Origin: Pseudomonadota bacterium
GTDB lineage: Bacteria > Bdellovibrionota > Bdellovibrionia > Bdellovibrionales > Bdellovibrionaceae
Assembly: GCA_041178425.1 (NCBI GenBank)
Contig: JBEGVH010000030.1
Location: 64,001-128,000 of the forward strand
Reading direction: 5' to 3'
DNA length: 64,000 nucleotides
Part shown: positions 47,696 through 57,525 of the stretch, piece after piece
Layout of the letters: every line of letters begins with the position of its first letter
How positions within the stretch are numbered: the stretch's first letter is position 1
Notes under the pieces: model-generated
The model's input: the letters and a program-made list of their open reading frames with translations, nothing else
Databases searched by the model: none
What the model was told of the DNA's origin: nothing
Program-made: the position numbers and the translations under genes

Positions 47696-49280
47696 ATATT
47701 TTTAACCTCCACCCTGAGATCGAACCACCCGCCGAATTGCCATTATTATTTTTTATTTGTAACTCCCATGTTCCCTGGGCTGACTCCCCCAAAAAATTAG
47801 CTACGCCAAATGTATAAGTAAGATTGGAGCCCCCCTGACAAGAGACTGTACTCCCTTGACTGTCGAGACAAGAATGAGGAGTCAAAATCTTACTGACAAC
47901 ACTCTTCGAAGCATCAAGAGGCTTATAGACAAGGTTAGCTTCCAAGGCTCCAGGATCTGTGTGCGTCATCTGAATCTGTAAATCTATGTGCTCAATAAAG
48001 TTAACTGCCGCAGGGCTAATAGTATATTTATTTAGAGCTACGTACCCGCTTGCAACGTCGAAACTTCCGGAGCCCGTTGGTGTGAGATAGGCGGCACTGA
48101 GGTTTTCTGCAGTCCAATTACCGGTACCAACCGAGGTCCAATTTTTAACCAAGGCAACTGCGTTCTTCGCATTGACGATACCAAAACCATAGTCGTCATT
48201 AAACCCAATTCCTGTTGGCTGCCAGGTCACACCCTGCGGCTTTTGCGCCGACTTAGCAAGTATGATCCGCACATCTCTCCACCCTAGCTGCTTGTTTTGC
48301 AATGCCGCCTCTTTGAGAATCAAACCCACCACTCCTGAAACAACAGGAGCTGCAGCAGAAGTTCCCGTAAACGTAGCTGTGTAGTCTGTATCTGCAAAAT
48401 CAGATTTTACTTCAGGACCATCTGAGCACTTCAAACCCTTATAATCAGTAGAGGGAATCCATTCTCCGGGAGCACAAACCCAGAGATTTGAACCTGGTTC
48501 AGAAAAAACACTGACAGCACCTGATTTTCCTACAGAGCAAATACTCAACACCCCTGAATTTGAAGCATAGCCGTCATAATTACTTCGATCAGAATTTCGT
48601 CGGCCGTTTCCAGCGGCCCAGACAAAGATAGTTCCCAAACCTCTGCGACCGCTATTCAATCCAATATTGATTCCGTCTTTGAAACTTTGCACATTATAAT
48701 ATTGATTAACCTGAGCCGTTGCATCGGATGGACCATAGCTGTTTGATGAGACGTCGGTCGTGGCCGCTTGGTAAGAGAGGGCATCAAGAATATCTGCCTC
48801 ACTTCCGGAAGTCGTTCTGGCAGAAATATTGGCTCGCGAAGCAACGCCGATGATTCCTTTGCTATTTTCTTCTCGGGCTCCAATCACTCCCGCCGCACAC
48901 GTCCCGTGACTTTCACCTCCGGGAATTGTGGTATCGGTTGTTCTCGATCGCACTAAAAAGTTAAAACTTTTTTGCAAATCTTTGTTTGAGTTAAGATCCG
49001 AATGTCTCAAGTAAATAGAACTAGGATCGACCACACAAATATTGACCCCTTCACCATGGTTGCCTGATTCCCAAACAACATCGGAATCAATATTCCAATG
49101 ATTAGTTTTGCCATCCGCTTGAAGAAACCACTGATAACTAAAATACGGATCTGGTCCGCTAACTTCGTACTCCGGGCTGATTTTAAAATTGGTTTCGGGG
49201 GTACACGCCTGCCCACCGATGACTAAACCGGTGCTTACGAAGATATAAAATAAAACTGTCAAAGAAAGCTTCTTAGGCAA
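47685..49280 (-). CDS. Kexin/furin-like S8 serine protease with P-domain, probable lipoprotein
   Basis: GAGGGG RBS with TTG; GQAC lipobox-like; DP.F..QW; CVVD, HGT.AAG, WAAGNG and GTSAAAP; P-domain GESAQGTWEL...W.L.IYG. Confidence 0.9.
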   Translation of the reverse strand: MPKKLSLTVLFYIFVSTGLVIGGQACTPETNFKISPEYEVSGPDPYFSYQWFLQADGKTNHWNIDSDVVWESGNHGEGVNICVVDPSSIYLRHSDLNSNKDLQKSFNFLVRSRTTDTTIPGGESHGTCAAGVIGAREENSKGIIGVASRANISARTTSGSEADILDALSYQAATTDVSSNSYGPSDATAQVNQYYNVQSFKDGINIGLNSGRRGLGTIFVWAAGNGRRNSDRSNYDGYASNSGVLSICSVGKSGAVSVFSEPGSNLWVCAPGEWIPSTDYKGLKCSDGPEVKSDFADTDYTATFTGTSAAAPVVSGVVGLILKEAALQNKQLGWRDVRIILAKSAQKPQGVTWQPTGIGFNDDYGFGIVNAKNAVALVKNWTSVGTGNWTAENLSAAYLTPTGSGSFDVASGYVALNKYTISPAAVNFIEHIDLQIQMTHTDPGALEANLVYKPLDASKSVVSKILTPHSCLDSQGSTVSCQGGSNLTYTFGVANFLGESAQGTWELQIKNNNGNSAGGSISGWRLKIYGH

Positions 49281-49366
49281 AAGATCCCCTCAAATGGAGC
49301 AGCTCCTTCATGATCTCATAATCTGCTTAAATACCTTAAGTTTAAATAGCGATAGACATCGAAATA

Positions 49367-50509
49367 TCAAAATGAAGCACACTGATCATTGAAAGACTGT
49401 TTCAAATTTAAACCCATTATGTTTTTCACCGAACTGACGACTTCATGAGTATCAATTCGATCACAACAGGGTTGGGCTTGATCACAATTCCTTTTCCAAC
49501 AAGGACTGCAGGCCATAGAACTTTTTAACTTAATTCCACGACCATACAAATCCATTTCGTGGGCGCAAGTGGGTCCAAACCAAGCGACGATCTTTTTTTG
49601 AAGGGCTATCGCCATGTGCATTCCTAAACTGTCGGCAGTAATCACCACATCGGTGGCAGCGATGCTACACATTCCGTCTCTTAATCCAGAGTTCGTTGGA
49701 CTCTGAATCACCGAATGACCAGAGCCTATGATCTGATTTCTTTCTTGATCGGAGGAGCCACCAAGAAGAACAACCTTGAATGCTCTCTCTTGGTTTAATC
49801 GAGCTATAATATCTCTCCAAATAAAAATCGGAATAGTTTTAAACGGAAGCACGCCACTTGTTCCTGTGTTCAAACCAATGAGTTTAAATTTTCCGTCTTG
49901 AGACCATTCTCGACGGCGCTGGTCGGAAACATCTCTTTCGCCTTCTCGCAACGCGAGGAGATACTCGTCGTTTGCAAAGGGCAATTCTAATGCCTCGGAA
50001 ATAAGCTCTAGCTCGGTTCGCTGATTCACGAAAAACTTTTTGTGATTATCAAGGCCAAGCTCCCATAGCGCTTGGGCCGAGGAATTTAAAGGAACTATAG
50101 CTCCCGTTTTCTCGTTTGTTGTAAAACCAAAACTCTGCTCGATATTCACTAAAGCTTGAAGTCCGGCCACCTCTGCTGATTTATCGACAAAGAAACCAAT
50201 ATCAAATGCCATCGACGACAATATTAATTGGTCACGAGCCGAAAGCCCTAGAACTTTATCAACCAGCGGGTTGTTCTCTAAGAGCGGCCGACTGTGATCC
50301 TCCGTGACCCAAATAATAAAACTGGAGGGATATTTTCTCTTGATCATTCTTAAAAGAGCGGTGCTTCGCAGAACTGCTCCCATAGCGCCAAGATGAACAA
50401 GGAGAATTGATTTTTCAGGAATATCCAACGATGGACAATGAGTATTGCAAGTTAGATTTTTTTGACATGGTTTGTATCCATTAAAAAAGCGGCATCCTGC
50501 CTGATACAT
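49367..50509 (-). CDS. Glycosyltransferase family 9 (heptosyltransferase-like)
   Basis: LGAMGAVL, DSLGMHMA.AL and FGPT motifs; Cys clusters at both termini. Confidence 0.85.
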   Translation of the reverse strand: MYQAGCRFFNGYKPCQKNLTCNTHCPSLDIPEKSILLVHLGAMGAVLRSTALLRMIKRKYPSSFIIWVTEDHSRPLLENNPLVDKVLGLSARDQLILSSMAFDIGFFVDKSAEVAGLQALVNIEQSFGFTTNEKTGAIVPLNSSAQALWELGLDNHKKFFVNQRTELELISEALELPFANDEYLLALREGERDVSDQRRREWSQDGKFKLIGLNTGTSGVLPFKTIPIFIWRDIIARLNQERAFKVVLLGGSSDQERNQIIGSGHSVIQSPTNSGLRDGMCSIAATDVVITADSLGMHMAIALQKKIVAWFGPTCAHEMDLYGRGIKLKSSMACSPCWKRNCDQAQPCCDRIDTHEVVSSVKNIMGLNLKQSFNDQCASF

Positions 50510-50519
50510 AAAAACTCCC

Positions 50520-51641
50520 CTATGTCGAGCCGGGATCGACTTGAATCGCCTCCATGACTAACGTTCCAATTTTGATCTCCGATTCTATGCGCACTATCAT
50601 TTTACGATCATCATCCGTCAGCCAAAAGAAGATGTCTCCCACTGGCCTGAAGACCCCATCGATTTCGAATTCTGGCTTCACGACAATCGTATCAAAAAAA
50701 CCAGCTTCGGTTTCGATTCTCTCTTTACGAAGAGCTTTACCACGAAAAAGCATGTTTTTTTCATCATCAGCTACAGTAAATTTATACTCTTTACCAACCT
50801 CGTAAGAGAACACTCGCATGTAAAAAGCGGCGCTAAAAACATTCTGGGCGTAGGGTTGAATTTGCCACTCTTGGCGCTTTTCCTGGTGCCCCTTTTTCTC
50901 TGTAAATTTTTTCTCGATGTAGACACCCTTCATCGTTTTTGCGTTAAAGTACCCTTTGGCATTTCTCAGTTGAGCGCTCTCTTTAACATTGAGATTGTAA
51001 ACGGAAGGCATAAGAGTTTCGTAATCAACGAGTGTCTCTGCCCAATCTTCTACCGAGTAGAAACGTGAAAACATTCCCGTTGTTTTTAAACTAGTATGCC
51101 AACGATAGGCCTTGCGACCATCGACCTCCACCATGGGACGCACTTCTAGTGTCATTTCGCCAGCTTCGGCCTTGAAGTATCGAACACTGAGCGTTACCTT
51201 TTCGCCAACTCGAAAGGGGTCTTTGTCTGGACGTCTCCCCCCCCCTGTAAAACCAATGTTGCTCTCATGTTTTGGTTCTCGAGGTTTGGACGATTCCGAT
51301 TTTAACCCTCTCTGTGACCCCTCAGGTAAATCATTTTTTCCGGCGACAGCCACTGAACCCTTAGTTTTAGTATCCTTACCTTTGGTTTTTTTCGTCGGTT
51401 TTTCGACGATCGCGGGCGAGGCAACGGGATTTGGCTGTGGTACGGGTGATGCCAGTGCTACAACGGGAAGCGCTCCACCCTCCACTTTGTTGAGATTAGG
51501 ATCTTCTCCCAATTCTTTAACATCGACGTCTGGAATTCCCTCATCAATAGTTAATGACTGAGGCTCCTTCGTTTTTAGAAAAGGGCTCGAACAGCTCAAT
51601 TGAATAAGCGCAAGAATGGATAGTAGAATAAAAATCTTCAT
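50520..51641 (-). CDS. DUF3108-like lipoprotein
   Basis: Lipobox LSC; PF.VGE...Y; E.I.T.AG.F.T..V.P; W.TDD.R...V; GAGG before ATG 51641. Confidence 0.7.
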   Translation of the reverse strand: MKIFILLSILALIQLSCSSPFLKTKEPQSLTIDEGIPDVDVKELGEDPNLNKVEGGALPVVALASPVPQPNPVASPAIVEKPTKKTKGKDTKTKGSVAVAGKNDLPEGSQRGLKSESSKPREPKHESNIGFTGGGRRPDKDPFRVGEKVTLSVRYFKAEAGEMTLEVRPMVEVDGRKAYRWHTSLKTTGMFSRFYSVEDWAETLVDYETLMPSVYNLNVKESAQLRNAKGYFNAKTMKGVYIEKKFTEKKGHQEKRQEWQIQPYAQNVFSAAFYMRVFSYEVGKEYKFTVADDEKNMLFRGKALRKERIETEAGFFDTIVVKPEFEIDGVFRPVGDIFFWLTDDDRKMIVRIESEIKIGTLVMEAIQVDPGST

Positions 51642-51735
51642 AAGCCTCTTCCAGATTTCCATCATTATCTCCGATGAAACAGAAAGGGGGCAAAATACAA
51701 TTTCGGTATTAAAAGATTCTCGACATCAGACCAGT

Positions 51736-52650
51736 TCAACCTTGCTTTGCTCCCTGATCGCTGGGCACATCCGATAAATATTTTTTCCATCGTCTGTGAA
51801 CCCACATCCAATCTTTAGGATGATTTAAAATTAGCTGTTCGAGAACCTGATTATACTTTTGAGTCGTTGCCAACAGAGACTCTTCGCGAGAGCTTCGCTG
51901 TTCGAAAGGAATTTCAGAGCCGATTTCAATAACATTACGCCCCTGTTGATCGCGATAGGTCCAAACAGGCAAAACTGGAGCTCCCGTTTTTAAAGAAAAA
52001 AGAGAAAGTCCGTAAGCCGTTCCCGTTTTTACGCCAAAAAAGGTCGTCTCTAGACCAAAGGGCGGGCCCATGTATTGATCGAGCACAAAGATAATGGCTC
52101 CGTTATTTTTCAAGACGCGGAGAATATCGAAGGAGCTGTTTTTTCCATGGGGATCTAGAAAGGTAGCACCAAATCGCTTTCGCGTTCCAAACCAAAAATC
52201 ATTGAGCCATTTCACCTTGAATAACTTTGAAATGACATTGAGGGGGTATCCTCGATGGGCCAACATCGAAATGGCCATATCACCATGACCGAGATGCAAA
52301 GATAAAAGCAGAACTCCCTTTTTCTTCTCAAGAGCCTGGTCGAGAGACTCTAGTCCCTTGTAAATCACATGGTCTTGGATCCATTGCTCGTCGATGGAAG
52401 GAAAAAGGCAAAACTCAAAAAAATTATAGATCAGTCGGGCCATAGCCTCGCGAGCCAGTGCGAGTTTCTCGGCTCGATGGATTTTTGGAAAAACAATATC
52501 GATATTATTGAAAACGACTTTTCTTCGAAATCTAAAAACGTCGAAGAGGATCCACGCTGACAAATGGGCTAAGGCCCAACGAACAGAGTCGGGCACTAAG
52601 ATCAGTCCCTTACTGAGCGCTTTTCCTAATTTTGCCAGCCAGCTTTTCAC
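51736..52650 (-). CDS. lpxL: Lipid A late acyltransferase (LpxL/HtrB family; likely GTG start 52650)
   Basis: HX4D (HLGHGD), LDQ, FFG and P..W.W.HRRWK; GGAGG upstream. Confidence 0.8.
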   Translation of the reverse strand: MKSWLAKLGKALSKGLILVPDSVRWALAHLSAWILFDVFRFRRKVVFNNIDIVFPKIHRAEKLALAREAMARLIYNFFEFCLFPSIDEQWIQDHVIYKGLESLDQALEKKKGVLLLSLHLGHGDMAISMLAHRGYPLNVISKLFKVKWLNDFWFGTRKRFGATFLDPHGKNSSFDILRVLKNNGAIIFVLDQYMGPPFGLETTFFGVKTGTAYGLSLFSLKTGAPVLPVWTYRDQQGRNVIEIGSEIPFEQRSSREESLLATTQKYNQVLEQLILNHPKDWMWVHRRWKKYLSDVPSDQGAKQG

Positions 52651-53623
52651 GAAAGGCCTCCAAATCACCATCTAACTTAAGTTGCATAGGTATAACATAA
52701 AGTGGAGGTCCTTGAAAGGGCCACTCCTGAAGCTTCACCATATCTTTTTCGCTAGTGAGCAGATAATCATAATCCTCCGCCAGCACAAGCAATTCATTGA
52801 TTCTTTCTTGATCATAGTCAGCGTGATCAGGATAGGAAATAAATTTACCAATAGTGAGACCCTTTGCTTTAAGAGTTTTACGAAAACTCTCTGGGTTTCC
52901 CAGACCACAAAAAGCCAGCCCACGCCCATTTTTCAAAATCATCCCATCTTCAATTGGGCGACCTGCAAAAGACATGGGTTCATCAGCGCTCTGCTCTGCT
53001 CTTAGTACAAGGCCTGACTGGGAGGTCCATGGCTCAAGAAAACTCACCGTCTCTTGATTTCTTTGCTCCCATCGAGTGAGAACAATAACATCAGCCCGCG
53101 CTAAAGCGTCGAGCGACTCCCGAGCCCGCCCCTCAGGAGGCCAATGATAATCGGATCGATCAACAGAAACATCGATCAAAACAATATCAAAATCTCTATG
53201 CAATTTTCGATGCTGAAAGCCATCATCAACCAAGACTAAGTTTGTCTGAGGAGACTCCTCAACCATCTTTTGCGCACTCAACCATTTTTGGGGTCCAGAA
53301 ATAATTGGCACTTCTGGATTTTTAACTTTCAAAAGAACAGCCTCATCGCCAAAGGCCGCAAAAGCTCGTGGCCGCAATACGACCCATTCTGCTGTTTTAT
53401 TGGTTGCTCGATAATTTCGCGAAACAATTCCAGGTTGATAATTGAGTTTATTCAATTCTCCAATTAACCAATGAATCATTGGCGTCTTACCTGTTCCCCC
53501 CATCGTAATATTGCCAACGCTCACTACGGGAACCTTGAGTCGAATAGTCTTAATAAACTCTTTTTCGTAGAGCCAATTTCTAAATCCGACTAACTGAGAA
53601 AAAACAGGTGCCAGTAAATTCAT
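52610..53623 (-). CDS. lpxK: Tetraacyldisaccharide 4'-kinase
   Basis: SVGNITMGGTGKTP, GDE, DDGFQHRKLHRD and SEKD. Confidence 0.95.
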   Translation of the reverse strand: MNLLAPVFSQLVGFRNWLYEKEFIKTIRLKVPVVSVGNITMGGTGKTPMIHWLIGELNKLNYQPGIVSRNYRATNKTAEWVVLRPRAFAAFGDEAVLLKVKNPEVPIISGPQKWLSAQKMVEESPQTNLVLVDDGFQHRKLHRDFDIVLIDVSVDRSDYHWPPEGRARESLDALARADVIVLTRWEQRNQETVSFLEPWTSQSGLVLRAEQSADEPMSFAGRPIEDGMILKNGRGLAFCGLGNPESFRKTLKAKGLTIGKFISYPDHADYDQERINELLVLAEDYDYLLTSEKDMVKLQEWPFQGPPLYVIPMQLKLDGDLEAFREKLAGKIRKSAQ

Positions 53624-53628
53624 CGACT

Positions 53629-54792
53629 CTATCGACCCTCATTGTGATGAGATACCTTGAAGTAAGTTTCGATGGCCTTAGCGACTCTTGGGGTAACCCC
53701 CGAAGTACCAAGACTTTGCTTGAGAGCTTTCAAATCCTCTACCACTAATCGACGATAGTTATCGTCATAGAGAGCCCTCTCCACCAGAGGCGTCAGTACT
53801 CCTGGAGTTGCCTTTTCTTGAAAAACTTCTGGAACGATCTCACGTTTCGCCAAAAGGTTCACGAGTCCAAAAAAACCCTTCACGACAAGACGCCCTATCA
53901 ACGCTGACAACCAACTCATTTTGTACATTATAACCATGGGCTTTTCGAGAAGCCCCACCATCAACGTTGCCGTTCCGGAGGCTGCCAGAATGGCGTCAGT
54001 TAAGTAAATCATTTTAAAGGGTTCATCTTGCAGAAGCACAACTGGACACTTCAGGTTTTCAAGCTGGTCTTGAATATAGTCCTTCGACAAAGTCGGAGCG
54101 ACCAAAAGGAGAACTTTTAAATCAGGATGTTTTTTAGTGAGCTCTTCGGCCACATTCAATTGAACCTGAAGATGGCGTTCGATTTCTTGCTTTCGACTAC
54201 CCGGCATGAGTCCGAGAACTTTGTGTTGAGGTTGTATGCCCAGGCGACCTCTTTTGGCCAAAAGCAAAGTTGGATCTAAATACTCTGGGTTTAGCTCATC
54301 TAACAAAGGGTGACCCACGTACTCAACTGGAACATCATATTGCTTGTAAAAATCGACCTCAAAAGGAAACACCACAAGCATTTTAGTAACGTAGGCTTTT
54401 ACCTGATAGACGCGCTTTTTCTTCCAGGCCCAAATCTGAGGTGAAATATAATATATGACTGGAATGTTACGCTCGTGAAGTTCTTTGCTCAAACGCAGAT
54501 TAAATCCGGGGTAATCGAGAAGAACGGCGACATCTGGCTTTTCTTGATCAATCGCAGCCAGAGTTTTATTGAAGATGTTTTTGATATCGGAGTAATGCTT
54601 TAAAACCTCTGAGAATCCCATGACGGCCATGCTTTCGGCATAACCTAAGCAATGGAAACCCAATCTCTCCATCGATTGTGAACCCACGCCAAAGTATTGA
54701 TGACTCTGTCCTTGCGAACTCCAATATCTAATCAGTTGCTCGGCATAAAGCACACTCGATGCCTCTGCTGCAATCATCAGAATTCTAGCCAT
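53629..54792 (-). CDS. lpxB: Lipid-A-disaccharide synthase
   Basis: DYPGFN, YISPQIWAW, VGHPL, PGSR..E and SGTATL. Confidence 0.96.
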   Translation of the reverse strand: MARILMIAAEASSVLYAEQLIRYWSSQGQSHQYFGVGSQSMERLGFHCLGYAESMAVMGFSEVLKHYSDIKNIFNKTLAAIDQEKPDVAVLLDYPGFNLRLSKELHERNIPVIYYISPQIWAWKKKRVYQVKAYVTKMLVVFPFEVDFYKQYDVPVEYVGHPLLDELNPEYLDPTLLLAKRGRLGIQPQHKVLGLMPGSRKQEIERHLQVQLNVAEELTKKHPDLKVLLLVAPTLSKDYIQDQLENLKCPVVLLQDEPFKMIYLTDAILAASGTATLMVGLLEKPMVIMYKMSWLSALIGRLVVKGFFGLVNLLAKREIVPEVFQEKATPGVLTPLVERALYDDNYRRLVVEDLKALKQSLGTSGVTPRVAKAIETYFKVSHHNEGR

Positions 54793-55711
54793 GGTTCAGC
54801 TCGGTGCAAATCCTTTCGACTAGCTGAAGTGCCAGTAAACCGTCTTGACCGGTAATCACTGGAATTTTATCTGCCATCACGGATTCAACAAAGGCATTCG
54901 TCTCGGCTTGCAAACCGTCCACTTTTTCAGTGGTGATTTTTTCTGCAGCGAGATTCGACTCGGAAGCGCCAATAAAGGGAACACGCTCTAATTCACCGTT
55001 GTTGAGATAAGCCGTCCAACTGGAGTCGGCATCGTAAGAGCGCAGCAACCGAGCTGGCGTCGGAGAGACACGAGAGGCTTTTAGACAAACCTTCAAGCCA
55101 CTTTCGAATTCAATCCAAACAACGGCCCAATCTGTTGTCTTTGAAATTACCTTTGCACCTTGAGCGTGGACCGCTTTAATAGGGCCAGGGTTGGTGGCAA
55201 ACAGAAGATCAATGTCGTGAATCATTAAATCATGAATCACGCTCACATCGGCTCCACGTGCCTTATACGGCCCCATTCTCTCAAACTCCAGGTAATGAGG
55301 CTTACCTGATAGCGCTTTCCACTTTAAAAAGGCCGGATTAAAGCGCTCAATGTGTCCGACCGCCACCTTCACTTTATTTTCTTTTGCAATCTGCAAGAGT
55401 TGAATCGCCTGAGATGATTCTGCTGTGATGGGCTTTTCGATATTCAGATGAATCCCTTGGCGCAAAAGATACTCCGCCACAGAAAAATGGCTTTGAGTAG
55501 AGGTTGCAACTGTAGCTAAATCAATTTGTCCCGGAAGATCAGTTAAGTTTTCAAATGCGCGGACCTGGAGGGCATTTGCCACTTTCTGAGCTTGCTCTTT
55601 GTTTGCATCAAAAACTCCCACCAACTCAACATTTGAATTAGCTTTATACTTTTGAGCATGAAAATTACCCAGATACCCAACACCTACAACCGCAGCTCTT
55701 AATTTTTTCAT
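54785..55711 (-). CDS. gnnA: Gfo/Idh/MocA oxidoreductase, probable UDP-GlcNAc 3-dehydrogenase GnnA
   Basis: GVGYLG..HA.KY, EKP, GH.ERFNPA and DLMIHDID; located between lpxA and lpxB like characterised gnnA. Confidence 0.7.
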   Translation of the reverse strand: MKKLRAAVVGVGYLGNFHAQKYKANSNVELVGVFDANKEQAQKVANALQVRAFENLTDLPGQIDLATVATSTQSHFSVAEYLLRQGIHLNIEKPITAESSQAIQLLQIAKENKVKVAVGHIERFNPAFLKWKALSGKPHYLEFERMGPYKARGADVSVIHDLMIHDIDLLFATNPGPIKAVHAQGAKVISKTTDWAVVWIEFESGLKVCLKASRVSPTPARLLRSYDADSSWTAYLNNGELERVPFIGASESNLAAEKITTEKVDGLQAETNAFVESVMADKIPVITGQDGLLALQLVERICTELNHG

Positions 55712-56493
55712 TCTTTTGCAATGCCTCTTTTAGATGAACGAATAAATTTGACGAGGTACTCAATATTTTCTGATGTCGCACACTCAGTATCGATACGCGC
55801 CAAGGCTTCTTCAACAGTCTCAGAACCCATGATGAGAATACGAATAGCACGATGGATGTTATCGACTTCCTCGCGCGGATAACCACGACGAGCGAGCCCG
55901 ACCTTATTTGTGGCTCTAACAACCGCGTGATTACCCTGAGCTTTGGTAAAAGGAAGAACGTCTTTATTGACGATCGATCCCCCAGCAATAAATGAACCTT
56001 TCCCAACCCTCGTGAACTGGTTAAATGCACACATGCCACCGATAACAACAAAATCATCAATGAGACAGTGACCTCCGATATGGGAGTTGTTCGCAACAAT
56101 GACATTGCTTCCGATCTTACAATCATGTCCCACGTGGGTGTAGCTCATGAAATAACAGTTCGAACCAACAACTGTGAGCTTATCTTCCTTACTTGTGGCA
56201 AGGTTGACCGTTGAGAACTCACGAAAAATATTATTATCTCCAATGATTAGGGAAGTTTCTTCACCTTTATAGGTAACGTCTTGAGGGGGACCGCCAATGA
56301 CTGCACCCGGGTGAAGGTGATTGTTGGCGCCAATGGTAATGTTACCACCCTTGCACCCAATAGAAACGTGTCCCTCTACGATCGTTCCTTTTCCAATTTT
56401 AACATTCCCTTGAATAAGACAATAGGGACCAATCACAGCCCCTTCACCTAATTCTAGACTTCCATTCACCACTGTTGAAGGATGAATACTCAT
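55708..56493 (-). CDS. lpxA: Acyl-ACP--UDP-N-acetylglucosamine acyltransferase
   Basis: Hexapeptide repeats; IGGPPQD..YKGE; H.GHDC catalytic His; N.VGL.RRG. Confidence 0.96.
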   Translation of the reverse strand: MSIHPSTVVNGSLELGEGAVIGPYCLIQGNVKIGKGTIVEGHVSIGCKGGNITIGANNHLHPGAVIGGPPQDVTYKGEETSLIIGDNNIFREFSTVNLATSKEDKLTVVGSNCYFMSYTHVGHDCKIGSNVIVANNSHIGGHCLIDDFVVIGGMCAFNQFTRVGKGSFIAGGSIVNKDVLPFTKAQGNHAVVRATNKVGLARRGYPREEVDNIHRAIRILIMGSETVEEALARIDTECATSENIEYLVKFIRSSKRGIAKE

Positions 56494-56503
56494 AATAACT
56501 CCC

Positions 56504-56980
56504 TTACTTAACGAGGGGGAAAACCTTAGCTAATATTTCAGCTTCGGCAACGATCTCGCCATTCACCTTGGCGGTACCACCAAAAACAAGCATAGCCCCA
56601 CGATCTTTACGACAGTCCATTTCTATCACTAATTGATCTCCAGGAACAATTGGACGTCTAAAACGGGCCTCATTGACTCCAACAAAAGCAACATCCTGAG
56701 GTGGATCATCGGGTCGGCTACAAAGCAAGGCTCCGACCTGAGCAAAAACTTCGAGAACGATCACTCCCGGCATAACCGGGCGATGAGGAAAGTGACCTTC
56801 AAAAAATGGCTCGTTGATCGTTACATTCTTGATCGCTTTGATGGTATTGCCTGTTCTGTTAGGAAACTGTGGCCCCCACTTTTTTTCAATCACTCGGTCG
56901 ACAAACAAAAATGGATGTCGGTGTGGTAAAATCTTGGGAATATCAGTTAGCGAAATAGTATGCTCTGTTGGCCCTGTCAT
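56504..56980 (-). CDS. fabZ: 3-hydroxyacyl-ACP dehydratase
   Basis: LPHR.PFL.VD and KNVT.NEPFF.GHFP..PVMPGV..LE; start at ATG 56980 after GAGG. Confidence 0.96.
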   Translation of the reverse strand: MTGPTEHTISLTDIPKILPHRHPFLFVDRVIEKKWGPQFPNRTGNTIKAIKNVTINEPFFEGHFPHRPVMPGVIVLEVFAQVGALLCSRPDDPPQDVAFVGVNEARFRRPIVPGDQLVIEMDCRKDRGAMLVFGGTAKVNGEIVAEAEILAKVFPLVK

Positions 56981-56988
56981 TTCTGCCT

Positions 56989-57498
56989 CTATTTCGATTT
57001 TTCGAACTCTTGGATCAACTTGTCTGTGACGTTGTATTCGGCTTTGATCCATAGAACGCTTTGTTCGTTCTTTTCAAAAATGACTGAATAACCTTCAGCT
57101 TTCGCCATTTTATCCAAAATAGTCTTCATTTTTTCGAGAATTGGAGACGTAAGATCTCTTTCTTTTTTCTGAATCTCTAATTGGTTCTTTCCAACCAATT
57201 CTTGGTACTTCAGCATTTCCTCTTGAATTTCAGCTTGTTTCTTTTGCATAGCTTCATCAGAGAGAACACCTTTTTTCTTCTCTAGATCTTCACCCATTTT
57301 TTTAATGTCAGATTGCTTTGCTTCGATATCTTTTTTTCTTTTATTAAATTCAGCCTCGAGCTCCGCTTTTGCTTTTTTACCTTGGCTTGTGCTTTGAATG
57401 GCCTTTTGCAAGTCGACATAGCCAAACTTCACATCGGCGCCCTGGGCTGCAAAACTCATGGTGATCATCATTGTTGTGAGCAAAACTAGTTTTTTCAT
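56989..57498 (-). CDS. skp: Periplasmic chaperone Skp/OmpH
   Basis: Signal peptide; K.GYVD; coiled coil; GY..IF...N.TD; lies between bamA and fabZ. Confidence 0.92.
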   Translation of the reverse strand: MKKLVLLTTMMITMSFAAQGADVKFGYVDLQKAIQSTSQGKKAKAELEAEFNKRKKDIEAKQSDIKKMGEDLEKKKGVLSDEAMQKKQAEIQEEMLKYQELVGKNQLEIQKKERDLTSPILEKMKTILDKMAKAEGYSVIFEKNEQSVLWIKAEYNVTDKLIQEFEKSK

Positions 57499-57525
57499 GG
57501 TATTCTCCTTTAAATAAATTTTATT

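Noticed and set aside
56981..57052. N-terminal extensions in the ORF track (fabZ; also lpxL, lpxD, kdsD, S8 at 11740, E1 beta)
   Set aside because: Downstream starts have better SD sequences or stop-start coupling and give normal protein N-termini.
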